A stretch of 64,000 nt of DNA. Source: an uncultured Candidatus Actinomarina sp. (lineage in GTDB: Bacteria; Actinomycetota; Acidimicrobiia; Actinomarinales; Actinomarinaceae). This document shows positions 20,375 to 28,027 of this stretch, in pieces; the stretch's first letter is position 1, and each line of letters opens with the position of its first letter. The notes under the pieces are model-generated. The model made no database searches and was not told where the DNA came from. It was given only the letters and a program-made list of their open reading frames with translations. The position numbers were made by a program, and so were the translations under genes. The stretch is from positions 26,265-90,264 of the forward strand of contig CABZMN010000002.1 in NCBI GenBank assembly GCA_902526825.1, written 5' to 3'.

Positions 20375-21179
20375 AAAAATTTTTTACCAGGGATCAAAAG
20401 GCTCATACTCTGAATCTGTATTATTAGAATTATTTCCAGATTACGAATTAGTCTCTTGCAAAACCTTTCAGGAGGTCTCTAAAAATACGACTCAAGAAGG
20501 TTTTGGGCTTTTGCCAGTTGAAAATTCTCTTGTTGGAACAGTAATAGAAGCTTATGAAAGTTTAATTGAAAACAATTTAGAAATATATTTAGAGATTAAA
20601 AAGAAGATAAACCATGCCCTCATTGGTATTAAAGGAACAAAAAAAGAAGATATAAAAAAAGTTATATCTCATCCACAAGCACTCCAACAATGTAGTAAAT
20701 ATTTAAATGATTTAGATGTTGAACTACAACCAGTGTTTGATACTGCAGGAAGTGTAATTAGTTTATTAGAGACTAAATCAATTGATATTGGGGCTATAGC
20801 AGGTGATCATTTTGATAATGATGAAAGATTTACAATAATTGAGAAAAATATATCTAATCACGAAGAAAATTACACAAGATTTTTTTTGACAGGAAAAAAA
20901 CCACTCAAAATTTCTGAAGAAAAAAATATTCGCTCTGCAATTCTTGTAGCAGCGGATGAGCCTGGCTCCTTACTTAAGGCTTTAACTGTGTTCGATGTTC
21001 TTAAATTAAATCTTATAAAATTAGAATCAAGACCAATTCTGGGGTCTCCTTGGGAATATAAGTTTTACGTAGATTATCAGAATAATGACATAAAAATTGA
21101 CCAACTTTTAATGGATAATCTTAGCCAAGTAGCCAAAGAATTTAAAATTTTGGGTGAATACGGATCAATTAATCTTTAA
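20364..21179 (+). CDS. pheA: prephenate dehydratase (PDT plus ACT domain, no fused chorismate mutase)
   Basis: ...YQGSKGSYSE...LPVENSLVGTV...SHPQALQQC...NYTRFF... and a C-terminal ACT region ...PGSLLKALTVF...LNLIKLESRP.... Confidence 0.9.
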   Translation: MKNEKIFYQGSKGSYSESVLLELFPDYELVSCKTFQEVSKNTTQEGFGLLPVENSLVGTVIEAYESLIENNLEIYLEIKKKINHALIGIKGTKKEDIKKVISHPQALQQCSKYLNDLDVELQPVFDTAGSVISLLETKSIDIGAIAGDHFDNDERFTIIEKNISNHEENYTRFFLTGKKPLKISEEKNIRSAILVAADEPGSLLKALTVFDVLKLNLIKLESRPILGSPWEYKFYVDYQNNDIKIDQLLMDNLSQVAKEFKILGEYGSINL

Positions 21180-22254
21180 ACTTCCAGCTGGAAGAATTCC
21201 TATCATCTTCAATTTCTATATTTGATTCTGTAAGAAAATCTCTGACGATATCTGATTCTTCATATTTTTGAGATGATCTAAGTTCTATACGGTAAGAAAT
21301 TAATTTATTGATTAAATTATTTATATTTTCTGAATTTTTATTATTCTTTTCAATTTCCAGTCTTAATTCAGCTATTTCTTTTCTTAAAACATCTTCAATT
21401 TGTTCATCTTGAGAATTTTGATCATTGTCAGCACGTGCTTTAATTTGTTTTGTTTCAGTATTTTCTAATAACTTTCTAAGATCATCTAAACTATATTTTT
21501 CACCATTCTTAAAGTTTTGAGTTTCATTTTGATTAATGACAGTGACTTGTCCTAACCCTTCAACTTCAAAAAGATTTTCTTTTGCATCAATTATAAGAGC
21601 TGTATGTTCATCAATTCCTAATATATTAGTTGGTTGAATCTCTTGTAGAATTTCCATTCTTTTAGCACCAAGATAACTTATGCTCGTGTCATGGTTTCCA
21701 CCTTCTTTATTATTAAAGTGTGGAACAACTACACAATCAATATCAAAAACTTCAAGAAGATTTATACCTTTCTCCCAGTAGGGGTCAATCCCAACCTTGT
21801 ATATTTCATAGACTGGAATTGTTCTAATACCTAAAGTTGATGCTGCTGCACTGGCAAAAATTAAACTACTTCCAGAGCAAAGTCTCTCTTTAAAAATTTC
21901 TGGTACATCTGTATCTATCCAATTTTTTGTTGCGTAGCTTGGACTACCTGGTCCCGAAAATATAAAATTTGAACTTTGAATTTTTTTTATAAACTCAAAG
22001 TATTCAACTGATTTAAAATACTTTTTATTTCTAAAGCTAGCCAAGTTTATTTCTAAATTAAGACTTACATCATAAAATTCAATCAATTTATCAACTAACT
22101 GATCAGCATTTTCTTGAAATCCAAAAGGCGTATCTATTAAGGAAGCAATTACTTCACCATCAATTTTATTTATTAAATTTCTATGTACAGAAACTAAATT
22201 AGGACTTGTTTCTCCAGAACCAAGTATTGCAATTGAACCATTTACTTCTTGCAT
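21169..22254 (-). CDS. uncharacterised protein: peptidase-S51/class-I-amidotransferase-like N-domain, coiled-coil linker, CysRS-C-terminal-like tail
   Basis: The N-terminal ~240 aa (IAILGSGETSP...FSGPGSPSY...IFASAAAS...VVPHFNN) looks like the flavodoxin-like S51/cyanophycinase fold. The acidic/Lys-rich middle suggests coiled coil. The last ~45 aa (...LRSSQKYEESDIVRDFLTESNIEIEDDRNSSSWKF) resemble the conserved C-terminal tail of cysteinyl-tRNA synthetases (...AR.aKd...AD.IRd.L...Gi.leDt..Gt.W). Assigned by eye only. Confidence 0.5.
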   Translation of the reverse strand: MQEVNGSIAILGSGETSPNLVSVHRNLINKIDGEVIASLIDTPFGFQENADQLVDKLIEFYDVSLNLEINLASFRNKKYFKSVEYFEFIKKIQSSNFIFSGPGSPSYATKNWIDTDVPEIFKERLCSGSSLIFASAAASTLGIRTIPVYEIYKVGIDPYWEKGINLLEVFDIDCVVVPHFNNKEGGNHDTSISYLGAKRMEILQEIQPTNILGIDEHTALIIDAKENLFEVEGLGQVTVINQNETQNFKNGEKYSLDDLRKLLENTETKQIKARADNDQNSQDEQIEDVLRKEIAELRLEIEKNNKNSENINNLINKLISYRIELRSSQKYEESDIVRDFLTESNIEIEDDRNSSSWKFKD

Positions 22255-22305
22255 AGAAACTATTATAGGTATTTATTCATTCTTGAAAAATTGTATAATT
22301 AGAAT

Positions 22306-23304
22306 GTGATAAATATATTATTAAAAATATTGGAAAAGTTTACGCTTGATTATATTCCAAGACTTCCTATTGGATTAAGAACACAACTTTATAAAAATAT
22401 TCTTCCAATTAGAAAGTTAAAAGACAAAGTTCTACTAAATAAACCAAAAAGTCAACAGACGTTTCAGGATAGAATTGATTTCGCCAGGACTGCCAGAATA
22501 GGTTATGACTATACAGGTTCAAGATTAAATAAATTTAATGACAATGTTCATCTTGAAAAAATTACTACCAGTGAGATGGATATTTATAAATTTACTCCTA
22601 ACAATACTCAGGAGGAAACTTTCGGGATTTATTTTCATGGAGGTGGATATTACAACGGAAGCATAACTGCATACAAAAATATTGTTTCTCAATTTACTTA
22701 TCACCTTCAGATTCCAATGTATTACTTTGAATACTCATTAACTCCAGAATTTATATTTCCTGCAGCACATGAAGATGCAAAAAAAGCTGTTGAAATCATA
22801 AGTAAACTTGAAACCAGTAAACAAACAATTTGGATGGGAGACTCAGCAGGAGGTGGACTAGCTACCGGTATATTGGTTGATAAAACATTTGATATAAGCC
22901 CTGATAAATTAATTCTAATGTCACCCTGGTTAGATTTATCAGATGAGAATAAAGATAGAAAATATCTTAAAAACAAAGATATCTTATTGGCAATAGATGG
23001 TGTTAAAAATATTGGCGAATATTATGCTGGAGAATATGGAGTTACAAATCCGATTTTGTCTCCAGTTTTTGCCGAGATTGAAACATTTCCAAATACTCTT
23101 ATCCAAGTTTGTTCTGATGAACTTCTATACAATGACGCAATTGAGTTTTGTAAAAAGTTAGAAAAAAATAATATTCCTTATGAGTTGCAAACATGGGAAA
23201 ATTTATGGCATGGATGGCAATTTTTTCCAATTCAAGAATCCCAAGAGGCTAGAGAGAAGATTGTTTCATTTGTAAAGGATAATTCTTATTCTTCACCTAA
23301 ATGA
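22306..23304 (+). CDS. alpha/beta-hydrolase, family IV (HSL-like) esterase/lipase
   Basis: Oxyanion motif YFHGGGY, nucleophile elbow GDSAGG, C-terminal ...WHGW.... GTG start 6 nt after TATAAT (22294-22299), so possibly leaderless. Confidence 0.8.
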   Translation: MINILLKILEKFTLDYIPRLPIGLRTQLYKNILPIRKLKDKVLLNKPKSQQTFQDRIDFARTARIGYDYTGSRLNKFNDNVHLEKITTSEMDIYKFTPNNTQEETFGIYFHGGGYYNGSITAYKNIVSQFTYHLQIPMYYFEYSLTPEFIFPAAHEDAKKAVEIISKLETSKQTIWMGDSAGGGLATGILVDKTFDISPDKLILMSPWLDLSDENKDRKYLKNKDILLAIDGVKNIGEYYAGEYGVTNPILSPVFAEIETFPNTLIQVCSDELLYNDAIEFCKKLEKNNIPYELQTWENLWHGWQFFPIQESQEAREKIVSFVKDNSYSSPK

Positions 23305-24032
23305 TGAAATGCAAATCCATATGGAAGCTCTAGTCTATTATTTTTCATAAAAGATTCATCTTTTAAAATATTTAATGTATTGTCATCACGAGTTATTTTT
23401 CCATCATTTAAAACAATACTTCTTTCACAGATTTCTAATGCCATAGGTAAGTCATGGGTCACAAGAATTTTTGAAACTTCTAAATTATTGAGTATTTCAA
23501 TTAACTCCCTACGAGATGATGGATCAAGATTTGATCCTGGCTCATCAAGAACTAATAATTTTGGTTTTGATGCTAAAACGCTTGCAATAGCAACTTTACG
23601 TTTTTGTCCATAACTTAAGTGGTGTGGTGGTCTATCTAAGAAATCACTCATATTAACTTGTTTTAGTGCATCGATTGCTAGTTCTTCAGATTCTGTATTA
23701 TTGTATCCAAAATTTTTTGGTCCAAACATAACATCTTCTATTACTGTTGGCATAAATAATTGATCATCAGGATCTTGAAAAACAACACCTACAGTCTTTC
23801 TAATATCTGCGATATTTTCATCTGTGTATTCAAAATTACTTACTTTTATTACTTTGTCTAAATTTCCTAAAATCCCATTTAAGTGAAGAATCAAAGTAGT
23901 TTTTCCTGCACCATTAGGCCCTAATATTGCCAATGACTCTTTGTTATCAAGATCAAAGCTTATATTTTTTAGTGCTTCATGACCGTCTGGATAGGAATAA
24001 CTTAAATTATTAACTTCTAAATATTTAGTCAT
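23286..24032 (-). CDS. cbiO: ECF/cobalt-type ABC transporter ATP-binding protein (CbiO/EcfA)
   Basis: LEVNNLSYSYPDGHEALKNISF...GPNGAGKTT (Walker A), LSYGQKRKVAIASVL (signature), LLVLDEP (Walker B). I place the start at ATG 24032, which forms an ATGA overlap with the cbiQ stop. The ORF-track start at 24077 is an upstream extension. Confidence 0.88.
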   Translation of the reverse strand: MTKYLEVNNLSYSYPDGHEALKNISFDLDNKESLAILGPNGAGKTTLILHLNGILGNLDKVIKVSNFEYTDENIADIRKTVGVVFQDPDDQLFMPTVIEDVMFGPKNFGYNNTESEELAIDALKQVNMSDFLDRPPHHLSYGQKRKVAIASVLASKPKLLVLDEPGSNLDPSSRRELIEILNNLEVSKILVTHDLPMALEICERSIVLNDGKITRDDNTLNILKDESFMKNNRLELPYGFAFHHLGEE

Positions 24033-24793
24033 AGTATCTTGTCCAACAATAAAGTTATGATTGATAAAATTACACAAAAGTTAAATTTGTTAGAAATTTC
24101 GTAATTGCGAGATTTGAAATCTATATTTCCATTGAACCCTCTTGATATCATGGATAAATAAACTCTTTCACCTCTTTCATATCCTCGAATTAATAGGGCT
24201 CCAGATGCAAATGCAATAGGTACTAAGGTTTTTAAACCTTTTTCAACATAACCTCTTGATGCCATTGAAATTTTAACTCGTTTGAACTCATCAATGAATA
24301 CATCAATATATCGTATCGTGAAGGACATGATCGCAATAATGATATTTGGAATTTTTAATTTTTGGAGACCATAAATTATTTCCATGCTTGAAGTTACTCC
24401 CGTAAGAATTATTCCAACGGTCAGACCTAAAGTTGCTTTGAATAAAATTGTAAACATATCATTTACACCTGTTTGATAAACATTAAATGAAAAAATTTCA
24501 AATATTTTGTCATTATTCTCACTGCTAAGGAATGGAAGGAATAATGCAAATAAAATAAAAGGTATATCTAAAGTTAATCTCTTTAAATAAGTTTTAGTTG
24601 GAATTTTTGTCAGTGATAAAATATAAAAAACTAAAAATATATGCAAGAATATTTGAAATAGATCTCTTACATCAGAGAACGCAATAGACAAAACAATTAA
24701 AAAGCAACCTAATACTTTTTGCTGGGGTTTAATATTCTTTAATTCAGAATTTTCATGAATTGATAAATGATGTTGGTGGCTTGTAGGATACAT
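24029..24793 (-). CDS. cbiQ: ECF transporter transmembrane (T) component CbiQ/EcfT
   Basis: Polytopic. The two coupling-helix Ala-Arg-Gly-type motifs ...ISMASRGY... and ...YLSMISRGFNG... are typical of CbiQ/EcfT. His-rich N-terminus (SHQHHLSIHE). Confidence 0.85.
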   Translation of the reverse strand: MYPTSHQHHLSIHENSELKNIKPQQKVLGCFLIVLSIAFSDVRDLFQIFLHIFLVFYILSLTKIPTKTYLKRLTLDIPFILFALFLPFLSSENNDKIFEIFSFNVYQTGVNDMFTILFKATLGLTVGIILTGVTSSMEIIYGLQKLKIPNIIIAIMSFTIRYIDVFIDEFKRVKISMASRGYVEKGLKTLVPIAFASGALLIRGYERGERVYLSMISRGFNGNIDFKSRNYEISNKFNFCVILSIITLLLDKIL

Positions 24794-24831
24794 GACAATA
24801 TTTTAATGCAATCAATTTGCAATAAAAATAG

Positions 24832-25242
24832 TTATTTACATTTATTACAAACTCCCGCATACACGAAATGATTGTCAATTAAATTAAAATTTGATTCTTT
24901 TGCAATAATTTTTTCGACAGAGTTGATGACGTTTTTTGAAATGTCTTTAATCTTTTTACAACTGTTACAGACTATATGAGCAGTTCTTTCTTGGTTTTTA
25001 AGATAATAAATTCCTGAGCCATGTTGCTGGTGTGAATGCTCTACAAGATCTAATGACTCAAGAATTTCTAGTGTTCTATATACGGTCACTAAATCAATGT
25101 CTTGAACTCTGTTTAAGGCAAGTTTGTATAATTCATCTGCTGTAAAATGTTCATGACCTGCTTCTTCAAGAATTTTACAAATTGTACTTCTTGACTCAGT
25201 AATACGATTACCATTATTTCTTAGTTTATTAATCAGATCCAT
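24832..25242 (-). CDS. Fur-family metalloregulator (Fur/Zur/Nur/PerR; specificity unresolved)
   Basis: Winged-helix N-domain ...RITESRSTICKILEEAGHEHFTADELYK...VTVYRTLEILESLDLV, His cluster EHSHQQHG, and two CxxC pairs (CNSC, CNKC) forming the structural Zn site. Confidence 0.88.
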   Translation of the reverse strand: MDLINKLRNNGNRITESRSTICKILEEAGHEHFTADELYKLALNRVQDIDLVTVYRTLEILESLDLVEHSHQQHGSGIYYLKNQERTAHIVCNSCKKIKDISKNVINSVEKIIAKESNFNLIDNHFVYAGVCNKCK

Positions 25243-25277
25243 AATTAAAGTATAATTTGTGAAAAGAATGTAAATAT

Positions 25278-25751
25278 ATGAAAAAAATTCTTTTAAAGTT
25301 TATCAATAGATACAGCCTTATTTACTTACCTTTGGGCTGGATATTTGGCTTAGTCATATTTTTTATCGCATTTGAGCCTTCAATCGTTCTATATATATTA
25401 AGTTTTTTTGTGATAGGTTCTTTTTTTGGATTGTATTTATTTAATTCAGAACGAGGTTTAGTTGTTGATAATCATAATTTTTCAAACTTTGAATATACAA
25501 TAATTGAATTTTACTCTGACTACTGACTGGGTTGTACTGCTTCAAAATTCATAGTTAATGAATTTAAAAAAAAGCATGAAGAAATACCAATTGTATCGGT
25601 AAATGCTTCAAAAAAAGATTATTTTGAGACTATTGAAAAATATAATCTTAAATATACACCAACATATGTTCTTGTAGACAAATATGGAGATAAAATTTAT
25701 AAAAGGGTCGGTACTTTTAATGTTGAGAAGTTTGACTCTTTGGTTAGTTAA
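25278..25751 (+). CDS. membrane-anchored thioredoxin-like protein interrupted by an in-frame TGA (25524-25526) at the first active-site Cys position; Sec-decoding candidate or recent pseudogene
   Basis: The ORF-track product (2 TM helices) ends ...FEYTIIEFYSDY-TGA. The same frame stays open for 74 more codons to TAA 25749-25751: LGCTASKFIVNEFKKKHEEIPIVSVNASKKDYFETIEKYNLKYTPTYVLVDKYGDKIYKRVGTFNVEKFDSLVS. Together this reads as a thioredoxin fold: beta1 IIEFY, [TGA]-L-G-C in place of C-x-x-C, cis-Pro TPT, DKYG.. strand. The downstream part has no ATG/GTG and no early TTG. Confidence 0.6.
25545..25565 (+). other. hairpin 21 nt downstream of the in-frame TGA (SECIS-like geometry)
   Basis: AAATTCAT (25545-25552) / ATGAATTT (25558-25565), 8 bp, loop AGUUA containing G-U. 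AU-rich, so chance occurrence in this genome is plausible. Confidence 0.3.
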
Positions 25752-26080
25752 GAAACTTTGTCACCTAAATCAGCTTCTGGACTGGGTTGAAGCAGTAAAA
25801 CATCCCCATTATCGTTTATCGATCCAAGAATTAAACATTGACTAATTATCGGACCAATTTGTTTGTCACCAAGATTGATTACTCCAATACATCTAACCCC
25901 AATCAGTTCATCTAATTGATAATTTGTAATTTGAGCGCTTGTTTTTTTTATACCTATATCATTTCCAAAATCTATTTTTAAAATGTATGCAGATTTTTTT
26001 GCTTCTTCAAAAACTTCAGCTGATAAAATTTGACCAACTCTTATGTCTAGGTTTGCAAAATTTTCAACATTACTATCCAT
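25748..26080 (-). CDS. csaA: tRNA-binding domain protein (CsaA/EMAP-like)
   Basis: ...FANLDIRVGQILSAEVFEEAKKSAYILKIDFG...IGIKKTSAQIT...LIG...VINL... is the OB-fold tRNA-binding domain of CsaA / MetRS C-terminal type. Confidence 0.8.
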   Translation of the reverse strand: MDSNVENFANLDIRVGQILSAEVFEEAKKSAYILKIDFGNDIGIKKTSAQITNYQLDELIGVRCIGVINLGDKQIGPIISQCLILGSINDNGDVLLLQPSPEADLGDKVS

Positions 26081-26110
26081 ATAAAAAGTATCTTATAACA
26101 TAATTAACTT

Positions 26111-26650
26111 ATGTCAAAAATTTTACTTTTATCGGCTGGAACAAGACCGGAATCAAAAAATAATAAAGCAGCAGCTATTGTTAATAACTACCTGAGTGAA
26201 TTAGATATATCTTGTAATCTTTATGATGATTTTTATGAAGATGTTCCTTTTCTACGAGATTACAATGATGAACAACCTGAATATGTCATTAAAGTAAGAG
26301 ATGATTTAATTGAAACTTCTAAAATAATAATATTCAGTCCTGTTTTCAATGGAGGTTATGTATCTCATTTGAAGAATTTACTCGATTGGCTTTCAATAAG
26401 TTTTGATAACTATTCTTACAATGAATTATTTAAAGATAAGGATGTTGCAATTATTAGTTCAGTTGACGGTAAGGGCAACAATGCAAAGAATGCATTTGAT
26501 TTACTGGGTGCTCAACTTAGCAATTATGGATTGAACGTATACGAAAATTTTTATTTATTTAATGAAGAACATAAAGTTGATGATTTACTAACTAATGATT
26601 CCAAAAGTAAAGACTTCTTGAGTTATATAGAATCATTTCTTCGTAGTTAA
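26111..26650 (+). CDS. NAD(P)H-dependent FMN reductase-like flavoprotein
   Basis: ILLLSAGTRPESKNNK... N-terminus and ...IIIFSPVFNGGYVSHLKNLLDWLS... match the flavodoxin-like NADPH-FMN reductase pattern (SxRxxSxN, P.YN...s..lKn.lDw). Confidence 0.7.
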   Translation: MSKILLLSAGTRPESKNNKAAAIVNNYLSELDISCNLYDDFYEDVPFLRDYNDEQPEYVIKVRDDLIETSKIIIFSPVFNGGYVSHLKNLLDWLSISFDNYSYNELFKDKDVAIISSVDGKGNNAKNAFDLLGAQLSNYGLNVYENFYLFNEEHKVDDLLTNDSKSKDFLSYIESFLRS

Positions 26651-27361
26651 AACCTCATTTATCTTTTCAAAAAATAGATTTGTTAACTCATCAACTTCAT
26701 ACTTATGTATATCGTCAATAGGTTTCAAAACATCCAAATGTATCTCACCAGATAAAAACCAAACCTTACCTTTTATCATTAAATTATGTGCATTGTGTGT
26801 AACAACTGGTAAAACAGATAAATTGAATTTTTTAGCAATATGTGCTGCTCCTTTTTTAAAGTCCAAAAGATTTTTTTGATTACTTCTTTTACCTTCTGGA
26901 AATATCATTATTGAATTACCATCATCTATAACACTTTGTATCGAATTATTAATTTTATCAAGATCTAATGATGAACTACCCCTATCAATTCTTGGAAGAC
27001 CAAGAATCTTCAATACTCTACTAAAGAAAGGAATACGGAAAAGTTCAGTCTTAGTTAGGAATCTTACAGATATTGGTAACCCATAAATGTGGGTAAATAT
27101 ATCAAGAGTTGATGGGTGATTAGAAACTACAACATAACTTTTACTGGTATCAATATTTTCTAAACCAGAAACGGTTAAATTAATCCCAACCATTCTTAAT
27201 CCCAGCCATCCAAAAAATTTGTAATATTTTGTTGCTAATAACTTTCCATTTGGAATAAAGGCCGTAAGTATTATAAGAATTATTAAAAAGCTAAATAAAA
27301 TTATGAATAATGGAAACATAATAAATGTTTTTAATTTTGTTCCAAAACTTACGGGATTCAT
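26633..27361 (-). CDS. plsC: 1-acyl-sn-glycerol-3-phosphate acyltransferase
   Basis: N-terminal TM segment, acyltransferase block I VVSNHPSTLD (HX4D), block III FPEGKRS. Confidence 0.85.
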   Translation of the reverse strand: MNPVSFGTKLKTFIMFPLFIILFSFLIILIILTAFIPNGKLLATKYYKFFGWLGLRMVGINLTVSGLENIDTSKSYVVVSNHPSTLDIFTHIYGLPISVRFLTKTELFRIPFFSRVLKILGLPRIDRGSSSLDLDKINNSIQSVIDDGNSIMIFPEGKRSNQKNLLDFKKGAAHIAKKFNLSVLPVVTHNAHNLMIKGKVWFLSGEIHLDVLKPIDDIHKYEVDELTNLFFEKINEVLTTKK

Positions 27362-27402
27362 AAGTTCAGTTTATAATATTGAAATTTAGAAATGAATTTA
27401 TA

Positions 27403-27987
27403 TTACTTTTTTCTTAAATCAAAAAATGGAATAAAATACTGAACGACTCTTCCAACTGAAAATACAATAATTATTGAGGCAATTCCTATTTTTCCGCCCA
27501 GTAAAAAGCCACATGAAAAAGCAACAGCTTCAATTATTGTTCTTGCAGTACCTATTTTTAGACCTTTTTGCTCTAAGCCAACCATTACACCATCTCTTGG
27601 CCCAGCGCCAAGGTCCCCACCGACATATATAGCTGTTCCTAATCCAATGAGCGTAATACCAAATAAAAGTGTTAAATATTGGATAAATACTTGATTTGGG
27701 AAACTTATTACATTTATTACAAAATCTGCAGTTAAGCCTATCCAAAAAGCATCGAAGACTGTAGCAATTCCTGGCTTTTGTTTTAATGGAATCCACAACA
27801 AAAGTGTTATCAAAGAAGTTAGGATGCCAGCTTGGCCATAAGTTACACCGATAGTTTTCGAGATACCATCATGGAAAACACCCCAAGGACCAAGGCCTAA
27901 ATCAGCTGTATAATTAAAAGCAACACCTACACCAATAAGAGTAATTCCTACGATTGCTTGTAAATATTTTCTTGCAGCCAACGACAT
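27403..27987 (-). CDS. polytopic membrane protein (YczE/YitT-like, function unknown)
   Basis: About 5-6 hydrophobic helices. ...ADLGLGPWGVFHDGISK... resembles the YczE-type family as I recall it. No catalytic motif. Confidence 0.5.
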   Translation of the reverse strand: MSLAARKYLQAIVGITLIGVGVAFNYTADLGLGPWGVFHDGISKTIGVTYGQAGILTSLITLLLWIPLKQKPGIATVFDAFWIGLTADFVINVISFPNQVFIQYLTLLFGITLIGLGTAIYVGGDLGAGPRDGVMVGLEQKGLKIGTARTIIEAVAFSCGFLLGGKIGIASIIIVFSVGRVVQYFIPFFDLRKK

Positions 27988-28027
27988 AATTTAATCTAAC
28001 ATTTTGTAGAAGTTAAAATAAAAGTAT

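Noticed and set aside
24794-24831. Possible Fur box between the Fur-family gene and cbiQ
   Set aside because: It contains only two direct ATTGCA repeats and is not the 19-bp inverted repeat expected for Fur-family operators. It is mentioned within the Fur-cbiQO finding but not called as a feature.
25524-25526. Alternative genetic code (TGA as Gly or Trp) as the explanation for the in-frame TGA
   Set aside because: TGA terminates several well-defined genes in the window at positions matching the conserved C-termini (alr, rimI, tyrA, sdhB), so global reassignment is excluded.
27530-27796. 88-aa ORF in a second minus-strand frame inside the membrane-protein gene 27403-27987
   Set aside because: It is nested out of frame within a longer ORF that has coherent TM-helix periodicity. 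The product is Cys/Arg/Trp-rich, typical of an off-frame translation.
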